The notes: generated from the sequence alone by a model not told the origin. A stretch of DNA of 64,000 bases from Acidimicrobiales bacterium (GCA_038206295.1 JBBRAZ010000017.1:1122-65121), one strand, 5' to 3'; numbered from the stretch's first letter, positions 16,334 through 25,931 are shown. Numbers and translations are program-made.

Positions 16334-17344
16334 TCACTTGTTCGCTGCGCCGACGATCTTCGTGAGATCGACGAGGCGGTTCGAGTAGCCCCACTCGTTG
16401 TCGTACCAGCCGAGCACCTTGACCATGTTGCCCAGCGCCATCGTCAGGCCGGAGTCGAACGTGCACGACGCCGGCGAGCCGACGATGTCGGTCGACACGA
16501 TCGGGTCCTCGGTGTAGACGAGCACCTTGCCGAGCGGATCGCTCGCCGCGGCGGCCTTGAACGCTGCGTTGACCTCATCCGCGGTGACGTCCTGCTTGAG
16601 CAGGCCCACGAAGTCGGTGATCGAGCCGTCGGGCACCGGCACCCGCAGCGCCGTGCCGTCGAGCTTCCCCTTCATCGACTCCAGCACCAGGCTCGTGGCG
16701 CGGGCCGCACCCGTGGAGCTCGGCGTGATGTTGATCGCCGACGCACGCGCCCGGCGCATGTCGCTGTGCGGGCCGTCCACCAGGTTCTGGTCGCCGGTGT
16801 AGGCGTGCACCGTGGTCATGAGGCCCTTCTCGATGCCGAACGCATCGTCGAGGACCTTGATCATCGGCACGAAGCAGTTCGTCGTGCACGAGGCGTTGGA
16901 GACGACGAGGTGCTTCTCGGCGTCGAACGTGTCGTCGTTGACGCCGACGACGAACGTGGCGTCGGCCTCGGTGCAGGGAGCGGACACGATGACCCGCGGC
17001 GCGCCGCCGGTGAGGTGCCCGGCCGCCGCGTCTCGCTTGGTGAAGAACCCGGTGGACTCGATGACCACGTCCACGCCCAGGTCGCCCCAGGGCAGATCCG
17101 CGGGGTTGCGCTCGGCGAGCACCTTGACGGTGTTGCCATCCACGGTGATGGAGCCGTCGCCGACGCTCACCTCACCGCTGAAGCGCCCCATGACCGAGTC
17201 GTAGCGCAGCAGGTGCGCCATGGCGTCGAGCGAGCCGAGGTCGTTGACCGCGACCACCTCGATGTCCGCGCCCTGGGCCACGATCGCCCGGTAGAAGTTG
17301 CGCCCGATGCGCCCGAAGCCGTTGATGCCGACGCGGATACCCAT
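16334..17344 (-). CDS. gap: Glyceraldehyde-3-phosphate dehydrogenase
   Basis: GINGFGRIGR, SNASCTTNC and WYDNEWGYS. Confidence 0.98.
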   Translation of the reverse strand: MGIRVGINGFGRIGRNFYRAIVAQGADIEVVAVNDLGSLDAMAHLLRYDSVMGRFSGEVSVGDGSITVDGNTVKVLAERNPADLPWGDLGVDVVIESTGFFTKRDAAAGHLTGGAPRVIVSAPCTEADATFVVGVNDDTFDAEKHLVVSNASCTTNCFVPMIKVLDDAFGIEKGLMTTVHAYTGDQNLVDGPHSDMRRARASAINITPSSTGAARATSLVLESMKGKLDGTALRVPVPDGSITDFVGLLKQDVTADEVNAAFKAAAASDPLGKVLVYTEDPIVSTDIVGSPASCTFDSGLTMALGNMVKVLGWYDNEWGYSNRLVDLTKIVGAANK

Positions 17345-17492
17345 GGATGTCCTGCCTCCTTGCAGAAAGAATTGGGGCCATCCGACCAGATCCCAAGGGC
17401 CGGATCAACTTGGACACCTTGCGGCGGTGGGCGGCGGGAGGCGCCTCGGGGCCCATCACCGTCCGTGGTTCCACAACCACAACGATTGGCTG

Positions 17493-17536
17493 TTGACACC
17501 GCCCCTCGGGCTCGCTACAGTCGTACACATGTTCGA
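17493..17536 (+). promoter_or_regulatory. Sigma-70-type promoter TTGACA-N17-TACAGT with overlapping LexA (SOS) box
   Basis: TTGACA 17493-17498, TACAGT 17516-17521; TCGTAC-ACAT-GTTCGA 17521-17536 is one mismatch from the actinobacterial TCGAAC-N4-GTTCGA box and covers the ATG. Confidence 0.75.
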
Positions 17537-19022
17537 GTCCGACCCCGAAGCGGGGCCCATCACCGCAGCAGAGATCCGGGTGTTCACCGCCCGGCTCGCC
17601 GCGGTCGATGCCGCCGAGCTGCTCGGGTCCGAGGCCGGGGCGCTGTGCCGCTCGCTGGCCACGCTCGAGCACGCCACCGCCGCGGCCACCACCCGCCTTG
17701 CCGCCCGTGTCGACGAGGTCGGCACGTGGAAGGGCGACGGCGCCCGCTCGGCCGATGCCTGGCTCGCCGCTGCGCGCGGCTGCTCCGAGGGTGCGGCGCG
17801 CGCCGCGCTGCGCACCCGGGCCAAGCTCACGGAGCTGCCCCAGGTCGCGGCGCTGGCCGATGCCGGCGCCCTCTCCCCCGCCCAGGTCGAGCTGGTCGCC
17901 ATCGGCGCCTCGGCCGACGCGGGTGCCACCGACGAGCTGCTCTCGCTGTGCCGGTCCGGCACGCTTCGCCAGCTGCGCGACCGTGCCGCCACCGCAGCCG
18001 CATCCAACGGCCGGGCCAAGAAGCGCAGCCGCGACGCGGCGCGCAACCGGCGGCTGTCCTTCTCCACCGACCCCCTCACCGGCGAGCGCCGCATGACGGG
18101 CAGCCACGCGGCCGAGCACATGGCCATCATCGAGGCTCGCCTCCGGGCCGACGCCGAGCGGCAGTTCCACCGCGGCCGCCGCGAGGGCCGGCGCCTCCCC
18201 CAGGCCGCCCGCATGATGGATGCCCTGCTCGCCCTCTGCGGCGGCTCGCCCGATGCGCTCGCCGACGACCTCGACCCCGACGCCGATGCTGGCAACGATC
18301 CGCATCCTCGGGCCGACCCGCCCGCGGATCCCCCACCCCCGTCGAGCGGCGGAGCCACAGGTGCTGCCCCCGCGTCGGCGCCCGGCTCGGCGCCGGCAGC
18401 CTCGCCGGCGCCGCAGCCCGCACCGCAGCCCGCGACGCCGCCGAAGGCGCAGGTGCTCATCCACATCGACCTCGATGCCCTGCTGCGGGGACACACCCGC
18501 AGCGGCGAGCGCTGCGAGATCGAGGGCGTGGGCGACATCCCCGTCGAGGCTGCCCTCCGGTTCGCCGACGACGCCTTCATCAAGGCCGTCATCCGCGAGG
18601 GCACCGACATCCGCACCGTCTGCCACCTGGGCCGCGGCATCCCGGCCATCCTGCGCACCGCCATCGAGGCTCGGAGTCGCTGCTGCGACCGGCCGGGGTG
18701 CGACAGCACCGCCGGCCTCCAGATCGACCACGCCCACATCGACTGCGCCGATGACGGCCCCCTCACGCTCGACGGCGGCCACCGATTGTGCCCGCACGAT
18801 CACCGCAAGAAGACGCACGAGGGCTACCGCCTGCTCGGCACCCACGGCAACCTGGTGTGGGTCGACGCGGACGGCCGCGTCGTCACCGCCGACAACCCCG
18901 ACACCCACCCCCCAATCCCCGACCTCCTCACCGCCCAAGCCACCCTCCGCAAGAACCTGAGATCCCGCGCCCCCACGTCAAAGCGGAAGAAGCAGCAGAA
19001 ATCGAAGCAGAAGAGACGTTGA
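17529..19022 (+). CDS. DUF222 / HNH-signature protein (REP13E12-like)
   Basis: N-terminal helical DUF222-like region, ARMMDAL, P/A-rich linker, CEIEGVG, and C-terminal CDRPGC...IDH...LCPHDHRKKT; leaderless ATG 17529. Confidence 0.85.
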   Translation: MFESDPEAGPITAAEIRVFTARLAAVDAAELLGSEAGALCRSLATLEHATAAATTRLAARVDEVGTWKGDGARSADAWLAAARGCSEGAARAALRTRAKLTELPQVAALADAGALSPAQVELVAIGASADAGATDELLSLCRSGTLRQLRDRAATAAASNGRAKKRSRDAARNRRLSFSTDPLTGERRMTGSHAAEHMAIIEARLRADAERQFHRGRREGRRLPQAARMMDALLALCGGSPDALADDLDPDADAGNDPHPRADPPADPPPPSSGGATGAAPASAPGSAPAASPAPQPAPQPATPPKAQVLIHIDLDALLRGHTRSGERCEIEGVGDIPVEAALRFADDAFIKAVIREGTDIRTVCHLGRGIPAILRTAIEARSRCCDRPGCDSTAGLQIDHAHIDCADDGPLTLDGGHRLCPHDHRKKTHEGYRLLGTHGNLVWVDADGRVVTADNPDTHPPIPDLLTAQATLRKNLRSRAPTSKRKKQQKSKQKRR

Positions 19023-19127
19023 CCACAGGCTGCCCTTCCTCTCGACGAGCCAACCCTGCACCGACGCGCGCCCTCCCAGGGCACGGGTGGCGACGATTCC
19101 AGCGAACGACCACGCGCAGCGAAGCGA

Positions 19128-19232
19128 GCATGGTCGGTAGCGCATCGTCGACAGGACCCGGGCCCGATAAGCCGCACGCCACGCAGGGACGCGAGGAGCG
19201 CATGGTCGGTAGCGATCCGGTGACAGGACCCG
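19128..19232. repeat. Pair of 33-bp imperfect direct repeats GCATGGTCGGTAGCG-N7-GACAGGACCCG
   Basis: Copies at 19128-19160 and 19200-19232, separated by 39 nt. Confidence 0.8.
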
Positions 19233-19264
19233 CCGCTGCGTGGGGAACAGGCGACGCCGACCAG

Positions 19265-20116
19265 CTACCGCCCGATATCGCGGTGGCGGACTCGGGGCGA
19301 GAGGCCGCGGGCGCGCAGGAGCTCGGCGAGGCGCTCGGCGATGGCGACCGAGCGGTGGTGGCCACCGGTGCAACCCAGCGCCACGGTCACGAACGACTTG
19401 CCCTCGTGCACGAACGCCGGCAGCAGCAGGTCCATCAGCGCGTCGAGGTGGTCGACGAACTTCTGCGCCTTCGGGTCGCCCAGCACGTGGTCGGCCACCG
19501 CGGCATCCAGGCCGGTGAAGGGGCGCAGGTCCTCGTCCCAGTACGGGTTGGGCAGGAAGCGGCAGTCCAGCACGATGTCGGCATCGGCGGGCAGGCCGTG
19601 CTTGTAGCCGAACGATTGCACGGTCACCGACAGCGAGTCGTCGTGCTCCTCGCTGCCGAACAGCGTCACGATCCGATCCCGCAGCTCGTGCACGTTCAGC
19701 TCGCTGGTGTCGATCACCACATCGGCCATCGCCCGCACCGGCTCCAGCAGCGCCCGCTCGGCCTCGATGGCCTCCGCCAGCGACCGGTCGTCGGCCAGCG
19801 GGTGCCGCCGCCGGCTGCTCTCGTACCGACGGATCAGCACCTCACTCGAGGCGTGCAGGTACAGCACCCGCACCTGCGCGCCTCCCTCGCGCAGCGCCAG
19901 CAGCGCCGGAAGCACCTCCTCGTGGTACGGCCCGGTGCCAACCACCAGCACCACCCGCTCGATGGTGGTCTGCGGGTCGTTGCCCAGCTCGGCCACCTTG
20001 GGGATCAGCGACGGCGGCAGGTTGTCGATCACGAACCAGCCCAGGTCCTCCAGGTGGTCCGCGGCCTGCGAGCGCCCGCCGCCGGACACGCCGGTGATGA
20101 CGAGGTACTCGCTCAC
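19265..20116 (-). CDS. rapZ: RNase adapter RapZ / P-loop nucleotide-binding protein (YvcJ family)
   Basis: ITGVSGGGRS, FVIDNLP, SFGYKHG, DCRFLPNP and GCTGGHHRS; start GTG 20116 (alternative 20131). Confidence 0.93.
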   Translation of the reverse strand: MSEYLVITGVSGGGRSQAADHLEDLGWFVIDNLPPSLIPKVAELGNDPQTTIERVVLVVGTGPYHEEVLPALLALREGGAQVRVLYLHASSEVLIRRYESSRRRHPLADDRSLAEAIEAERALLEPVRAMADVVIDTSELNVHELRDRIVTLFGSEEHDDSLSVTVQSFGYKHGLPADADIVLDCRFLPNPYWDEDLRPFTGLDAAVADHVLGDPKAQKFVDHLDALMDLLLPAFVHEGKSFVTVALGCTGGHHRSVAIAERLAELLRARGLSPRVRHRDIGR

Positions 20117-20293
20117 CGCGTTCGCCTGCACGACGTGGAGCGGGCCATGCCGGCCACCCTACCGGCGCGGGAGCGGGCGGTCGGGGTGCCTGCGGCGGTG
20201 CGACCGGCGACGTCGAGCGCTCCTCAGCCGCAGCATGCGGTCCAGCCGCCACCCCCGGGCGCACGCCACCCACGCCCCGCCCCGCAGCCTTGC

Positions 20294-21055
20294 TCAGCGC
20301 CCGCGGAGCTCGCAGCGCAGCAGCAGCAGCCGCGGGATGCTCGCGGCCGCGGCGTAGCCCGGCGACCGCTCCAGGAAGCCCGGCGGCGGCGCCGGCTCCT
20401 CCAGCCGCGTCACCAGCAGCCCCACCGCAGCCAGCGCGTTCACGTAGCGGCCCAGCGGACGGTGCAGGAACGGGATGTGCACCCCCAGCTCCACCTGCTC
20501 CACCAGCCGCTGCTCACGCAGGTACTCCCCCACCCGCCAGTACTGCTCCGGCGGATCCACCATGTGGTCGTCGATCCACCCCGCGTCCGGGCTCTGCAGC
20601 AGCGGGTGGTTCAGGAAGAACGCGAACACCCCACCGGGCACCAGCACGCGGGCCACCTCGGCGATGGCCTCCTCGAAGCGCTCGATGTGCTCGAACACCA
20701 GGCACGCCACCGCAGCATCGAAGCTCCCGTCCGCGAACGGCAGCGTCGCGGCCTCCGCCCGAGCGAACCGAGGTCCGCCGCCGCGCCGCTGCGCCTCGAC
20801 GATCTGGTTGTGCACCGGGTCCACGCCCACCACCAGCTCGGCGCCCGCCGCCACGTGGCGCGCCACCTGCCCCTCGCCGGTGCCGACGTCCAAGATCCGC
20901 CGCGCCCCCGCCAGGTGCTCGGCGGCCATCGGCAGGATCTGCTCGACGTACTCCGGGTCCGCGCCCTGCGTGAAGTGCTCCTGCCACCACCCGGCCTGCT
21001 GCTCCCACAGGTCCCTGAGCTCGGTCGCGGCGTCGACCGCCCCCTCGTCGCTCAC
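20294..21055 (-). CDS. Class I SAM-dependent methyltransferase
   Basis: LDVGTGEG and LPFADGSFD motifs; GTG start overlaps the uvrC stop (GTGA). Confidence 0.88.
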   Translation of the reverse strand: MSDEGAVDAATELRDLWEQQAGWWQEHFTQGADPEYVEQILPMAAEHLAGARRILDVGTGEGQVARHVAAGAELVVGVDPVHNQIVEAQRRGGGPRFARAEAATLPFADGSFDAAVACLVFEHIERFEEAIAEVARVLVPGGVFAFFLNHPLLQSPDAGWIDDHMVDPPEQYWRVGEYLREQRLVEQVELGVHIPFLHRPLGRYVNALAAVGLLVTRLEEPAPPPGFLERSPGYAAAASIPRLLLLRCELRGR

Positions 21056-22935
21056 TTCGTCTCCGGTCCCTTCGGTCGCGTGCCCGCGGCGTGCAGGTGC
21101 TCGTACAGCCCCGCCGCGACTGCGTCGGGCAGCCACGACAGCGCCTGCAGGTCCTCCAGCGTCGCGCGCTGCACCGCCCGCACCCCGCCCAGCTCCTTCA
21201 CCAGCCGCTTGCGCCGCGCCTCGCCCAGCCCCGGCACCCCGTCGAGCACCGAGCGCGTCATGCGCTTGCCGCGGAGCTGACGGTGGTACGCGATCGCGAA
21301 CCGGTGGGCCTCGTCCCGCACCCGCTGCAGCAGGTACAGCGCCTCGGTCCCCCGGGCGATGCGCACCGGCTCCGGGTCGCCCGGCAGGTACACCTCCTCG
21401 AAGCGCTTCGCCAGCGACGCCACCGGGATCTCCCCGCGCAGCCCCAGCTCGTCGAGCACCCGCACCGCGACGCTCAGCTGCCCCTTGCCGCCGTCCACCA
21501 GCAGCAGCTGCGGCGGGTAGGCGAAGCGCCCGCGCTCCTCGATCGGCAGCGCTCGGTCCGCCAGGTACGCAGTGAGGCGCCGGCGCAGCACCTCCTCCAT
21601 CGCCGCGAAGTCGTCGTTGCCCTCCACCGTGCGGATCTTGAACCGCCGGTACTCCGACGGCCGCGGCTGGCCGTCCTCCAGCACCACCATCGACCCCACG
21701 TAGTCGGTGCCCTGCAGGTGGCTCATGTCGTAGCACTCGATGCGCAGCGGCGACTCCGGCAACCCGAGCGCCTCCTGCAGCTCGTTGAGGGCCCGCGCCC
21801 GCGTGTTGTGGTCCGACGCCCGGCGCATCCGGTGCCGGCGCAGCTCCTCGGCCGCGTTCGCCACCACCGTCTCGCTGAGCTGGCGCTTGTCGCCGCGCTG
21901 GGGCACCCGCACCGACACCTTGGTGCCGCGCATCGAGGTCAACCACGCCTCCAGCAGCTCGGTCTCCGACGTCGGCGACGACACCAGCACCTCGCGCGGC
22001 ACCCCCATCGGCGGGTCGTCGTACAGCCGCTCGAGCACCGAGTCCACCAGCTCGGCGTCGCTCAGGTCCTCCACGCGGTCCACGATCATCCCCTTGCGCC
22101 CCACCACTCGGCCGCGCCGCACCAGGAACACCGCCACGGCCCACTGCAGCTCGTCGCCTGCGAACCCCACCAGGTCCAGGTCCTCGTCGCGCTCGGCCAC
22201 GATCTGCTGGCGCTCGACGGCCTTGCGCACCGCGGCGAGCCGGTCGCGCAGCCGCGCCGCGCGCTCGAAGTCCAGGTCGGCCGCCGCCGCGCCCATCTCA
22301 GACTCGAGCCGCTCCACCACCTCGTCGGTGTCGCCGTCGAGGAACGAGCACAGCTCGGCCACCAGCTCGCGGTAGCGCTCCGGGGTCACCTCCCCCACGC
22401 AGGGCCCTGCGCACTTCTCGATGTGGAACAGCAGGCACGGCCGGCCCAGCGCCTCGTGGCGCCGCAGCTTGGTGTCCGAGCACGTGCGGATCGGGAACGT
22501 GCGCAGCAGCAGGTCGAGCGTCTCGCGGATCGCGTACGCCTGGCCGAAGGGCCCCCAGTACCGCACGCCGGGCTTCTTCGTCCCGCGCAGCACCATCGCC
22601 CGCGGCCACGTGTCGGCCTCGGTGATCGCCAGCCACGGATAGCTCTTGTCGTCGCGCAGCCGCACGTTGAACCGCGGCTGGTGCGCCTTGATCAGCTCGT
22701 TCTCCAGCAGCAGCGCGTCGACCTCGTTCTCGACGGTGATCCACTCCACCGTCGCCGCTGCGGCCACCAGCTGCGCGGTGCGCGGCGCCAGGGTGGCGGG
22801 GTCTGCGAAGTAGTTGGCCAGGCGGCTGCGCAGGCTCTTCGCCTTGCCCACGTACAGGACGCGACCGTGCGCGTCCTTGAACTGGTACGAGCCGGGCTGA
22901 TCGGGGATCGACCCGGTGGGAGGGCGCTCCACCAC
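21052..22935 (-). CDS. uvrC: Excinuclease ABC subunit C
   Basis: GIY-YIG YVGKAKSLRSR, NVRLRDDKSYP, ECYDMSH, LVDGGKGQ, RDEAHRFA and HhH. Confidence 0.97.
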   Translation of the reverse strand: MVERPPTGSIPDQPGSYQFKDAHGRVLYVGKAKSLRSRLANYFADPATLAPRTAQLVAAAATVEWITVENEVDALLLENELIKAHQPRFNVRLRDDKSYPWLAITEADTWPRAMVLRGTKKPGVRYWGPFGQAYAIRETLDLLLRTFPIRTCSDTKLRRHEALGRPCLLFHIEKCAGPCVGEVTPERYRELVAELCSFLDGDTDEVVERLESEMGAAAADLDFERAARLRDRLAAVRKAVERQQIVAERDEDLDLVGFAGDELQWAVAVFLVRRGRVVGRKGMIVDRVEDLSDAELVDSVLERLYDDPPMGVPREVLVSSPTSETELLEAWLTSMRGTKVSVRVPQRGDKRQLSETVVANAAEELRRHRMRRASDHNTRARALNELQEALGLPESPLRIECYDMSHLQGTDYVGSMVVLEDGQPRPSEYRRFKIRTVEGNDDFAAMEEVLRRRLTAYLADRALPIEERGRFAYPPQLLLVDGGKGQLSVAVRVLDELGLRGEIPVASLAKRFEEVYLPGDPEPVRIARGTEALYLLQRVRDEAHRFAIAYHRQLRGKRMTRSVLDGVPGLGEARRKRLVKELGGVRAVQRATLEDLQALSWLPDAVAAGLYEHLHAAGTRPKGPETK

Positions 22936-22968
22936 GATGCCGAGGTTACGGCCGTGCCGCTGCGGCCA

Positions 22969-24492
22969 TCACCCCGTCGGCTCCAGGTCGTCATCGAGCT
23001 CGCCGAACCGTCCGTCGTAGTCCACGTAGAAGCGGCGCGGCGGCGGCACCTCGAGCTCGACGCCGCCGAGGCACGAGAAGATCGTCGGGAACAGCGCCGG
23101 CAGCTCGCGCACCGCGGTGCGCTCCGGGCACTGCGGGAGGCGGAGCGCGCTCAGGTTGGCGAAGCGCTGCTCGAGCCCAGCCGCGCCGGCATCGGGTCCG
23201 GGGAACTCGGTGGTGAACCAGTCGCCGTGATCGCTCACCACGGCGATGACCGCGGACGGATCGGCCGCCACGAGCTGCGTCATCGCCTCCAGCAGCGTCG
23301 AGTTCAGGCACGAGAGCTGCGCCGCGTACGCGTCGCCCAGCACCCCGGTGCGCGGCCCGAGCCGATCGATGGGCGGCTCGCGGCGCGAGCAGTCGGCCAG
23401 CAGCCGGAATGGCTCGTGCGGGCTCATGATGTGGGCGTGGACGAAGCGCGGCGTGTCGCGGTTCCCCGCCCCGGCGGTCAGCTCCACGATGTCGAGCGGA
23501 TCAGGCAGCTCGACCGGCGGATCGAAGGCCGGGAGCAGGCCCAGCGGTGTGAGCTGCCCGAGGAGCAGCCCCACCTCGCTCCCGAGCGGCTGGTCGACGT
23601 TCACCGGCAGGCACCGGACACCCACGCGCGGCTGGCACCGCATCGCGTCGAACCGCCCCGGATTGGCGTACCAGTACTCGTAGCCGAGCGACTCGAAGGT
23701 GCGCACGGTGCGGTTGTCCCCCGTCAACACGGGACCGAAGGCATCGAGGCCACGCGCCAGCTGCTCGACGGCCGTCACCGGGTACGCGGCCTCGAACATC
23801 GACGACACCGACAGCGGGGTGATGGGGTACGCGGCCCGGGAGTCCTCGGCGACCGTGAAGCCGAGCTCCTCCAGCGCCGCGATCGTCGGCTGGTTGTCGA
23901 AGCCGAGGTGCTGCTCCAGCTGATCTTCCCGCGCGTACGCATCGAGGATGAACAGGTAGACGTCTGGGCGGTCGCCGACGACGGCATCGATGAACGCGCG
24001 ACGGTCCGACGGGGTCGCCTGCGGCGCAGCGCGAGCCGCGCCGAGCTCCCACACCAGCAGCGGCGCCGCCGAGGTCACCGCCATCGCGGCGCCCAGGAGG
24101 AGCAGGAAGGTGCGACCCCCGGCCGATCGTGCTGCGCGATCGCCCGCGAGCACCGCGCCGCCGACCACGACCAGCAGCCATGCGAGCACGGCCATCCAGC
24201 CGCCGATGGCATCGTCGAACGGACCGAAGTTGAAGAAGAGGAACACCGCCACCACCACCCACACCGTCGCGACGACCGGCCCGACCCGTCGCTGCAGCGC
24301 AGCTGCCCCGCCGACGGCGACCAGCACGGTCCCCAGGGCGAGCTCCAGCACGCGACCGACGTCGAGGATCTCGAGGCGGTTGGTGTGGAGGAACTGCCAG
24401 TACGGCGCAGCGGCGAACGCCGCCACCACCGCGAGCAGCAGCGGGTCGACCCGATGCCGCTCGGATCTCTCGGCGGCAGCGCGACCAGGCAT
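22969..24492 (-). CDS. Multi-TM membrane protein with C-terminal alkaline-phosphatase-superfamily (sulfatase/LTA-synthase-like) domain
   Basis: About 5 N-terminal TM helices, then FILDAY, YPITPLS, HIMSPHEPF and SDHG. Confidence 0.8.
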   Translation of the reverse strand: MPGRAAAERSERHRVDPLLLAVVAAFAAAPYWQFLHTNRLEILDVGRVLELALGTVLVAVGGAAALQRRVGPVVATVWVVVAVFLFFNFGPFDDAIGGWMAVLAWLLVVVGGAVLAGDRAARSAGGRTFLLLLGAAMAVTSAAPLLVWELGAARAAPQATPSDRRAFIDAVVGDRPDVYLFILDAYAREDQLEQHLGFDNQPTIAALEELGFTVAEDSRAAYPITPLSVSSMFEAAYPVTAVEQLARGLDAFGPVLTGDNRTVRTFESLGYEYWYANPGRFDAMRCQPRVGVRCLPVNVDQPLGSEVGLLLGQLTPLGLLPAFDPPVELPDPLDIVELTAGAGNRDTPRFVHAHIMSPHEPFRLLADCSRREPPIDRLGPRTGVLGDAYAAQLSCLNSTLLEAMTQLVAADPSAVIAVVSDHGDWFTTEFPGPDAGAAGLEQRFANLSALRLPQCPERTAVRELPALFPTIFSCLGGVELEVPPPRRFYVDYDGRFGELDDDLEPTG

Positions 24493-24692
24493 CGAGGATC
24501 GACGCTACCGCCGCGCGGATCCCCCCGCCGAGCACCGCGACCAGCGAGCGCCTCGCTCGCGGCCTCAGGCCGTCTCGGATCGATCGCCGACGCCCGACAG
24601 CCGGGCCACCCGGGAACCCGAGCGCTGGTCCCCGCTGGGGCGATGCGTCAGATCGCATCCGAGAACCTGGTGGCCGGCGGGCGCCGTGGGCG

Positions 24693-24819
24693 TAGGATGA
24701 CCGCGCCGGCCTGGTCTCCGGCGACATATCTCGCTCTGTGGCCGACATCCCCGTGGCGTGGCGACCAGGCTGCCCCCACCGGCCGACAGCAGAGCCTCCA
24801 GCACCGGAGGACGAACCAC
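24693..24819 (+). promoter_or_regulatory. -10 (TAGGAT) plus structured 5' leader of nadA
   Basis: Stem CGGCCTGGTC/GACCAGGCTG encloses two small hairpins; CCTCC can pair with the SD GGAGG. Confidence 0.45.
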
Positions 24820-25914
24820 ATGCTGCGACTCCAGGCACCGCTCCCAGAGCGGTACGTCCAGGCGACCCCAGAGGAGCTCGCAGACCGCATCGCCGCGGCC
24901 AAGGCCGCGCTCGGCGACCGCGTCTTCATCCTCGGGCACCACTACCAGCGCGACGAGATCATGCGGTGGGCCGATGCCCGCGGCGACTCGTTCCAGCTCT
25001 CGCGGCTCGCAGCGGACCGCGACGACGCCGAGGTCATCGTCTTCTGCGGCGTGCACTTCATGGCCGAGTCGGCCGACATCCTCACCGCTGCGCACCAGCA
25101 GGTCATCCTCCCGGACCTCAACGCCGGCTGCTCGATGGCCGACATGGCCGACATCGACCAGGTGACCGACGCCTGGGATGAGCTGGCCGAGGTCACCGAC
25201 GTCAGCCGGCTCGTGCCCATCACCTACATGAACTCGTCGGCCGCCCTCAAGGCCTTCGTGGGGCGCAACGGCGGCGCGGTGTGCACCTCGAGCAACGCCC
25301 GCGCCGTGCTCGAGTGGGCGTTCGCCCGCGGCGACCAGGTGCTGTTCTTCCCCGACCAGCACCTCGGCCGCAACACCGCGCTCGCCATGGGCTACGGCCA
25401 CGACGACCTGCGCCTGTGGAACCCGCGCCTCGCGCTCGGCGGGCTCACCGAGGCCGACTGCAAGGGCGCCTCGGTGCTGCTGTGGAAGGGCCACTGCTCG
25501 GTGCACCAGCGCTTCCGCCCCGAGCACGTCGCCGCGTTCCGCGCCGAGCACCCCGACGGCCTGGTGGTCACCCACCCCGAGTGCGCGCACGACGTGTGCG
25601 AGGTCGCCGACGCGGTCGGCTCGACCGACTTCATCGTCCGCTACATCGAGGCCGCGCCCGCGGGCTCGACGATCGCGGTCGGCACCGAGATCCACCTCGT
25701 GCAGCGCCTCGACGCCGAGACGCCCGACAAGCACGTCGTCACGCTCGACCCGCTGATCTGCCCGTGCTCGACCATGTCGCGCATCGACCCGCAGCACCTC
25801 GCGTGGGTGCTGGAGCGCCTCGTCGACGGTGTGGTCGTGAACCGCATCACCGTCGACGACGAGACCGCGCAGTGGGCGCGGGTCGCCCTCGAGCGCATGC
25901 TCGAGATCACCTGA
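24820..25914 (+). CDS. nadA: Quinolinate synthase A
   Basis: GHHYQR, GDSFQL, FCGVHFMAE, AGCSMAD, YMNSSA, WKGHCSVH, THPEC and CPCSTM; ATG 24820 with GGAGG RBS. Confidence 0.96.
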   Translation: MLRLQAPLPERYVQATPEELADRIAAAKAALGDRVFILGHHYQRDEIMRWADARGDSFQLSRLAADRDDAEVIVFCGVHFMAESADILTAAHQQVILPDLNAGCSMADMADIDQVTDAWDELAEVTDVSRLVPITYMNSSAALKAFVGRNGGAVCTSSNARAVLEWAFARGDQVLFFPDQHLGRNTALAMGYGHDDLRLWNPRLALGGLTEADCKGASVLLWKGHCSVHQRFRPEHVAAFRAEHPDGLVVTHPECAHDVCEVADAVGSTDFIVRYIEAAPAGSTIAVGTEIHLVQRLDAETPDKHVVTLDPLICPCSTMSRIDPQHLAWVLERLVDGVVVNRITVDDETAQWARVALERMLEIT

Positions 25915-25931
25915 CGGTCCACACCGGGCCC

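Noticed and set aside
16148-18754. 868-aa and other long Arg/Ala-rich overlapping ORFs (also 47826-50957, 57067-60141, 14411-15973, 28786-30498)
   Set aside because: Stop-poor alternative frames typical of high-GC DNA, overlapping clearly identified genes.
19128-19232. Repeat-spacer-repeat with CRISPR-like dimensions (33 bp / 39 nt)
   Set aside because: Only two copies, differing across the central 7 nt; no cas genes in the window.
21091-25914. 1607-aa ORF on the + strand
   Set aside because: Antisense shadow of uvrC and the membrane gene; only the last 364 aa (nadA, from ATG 24820) are real.
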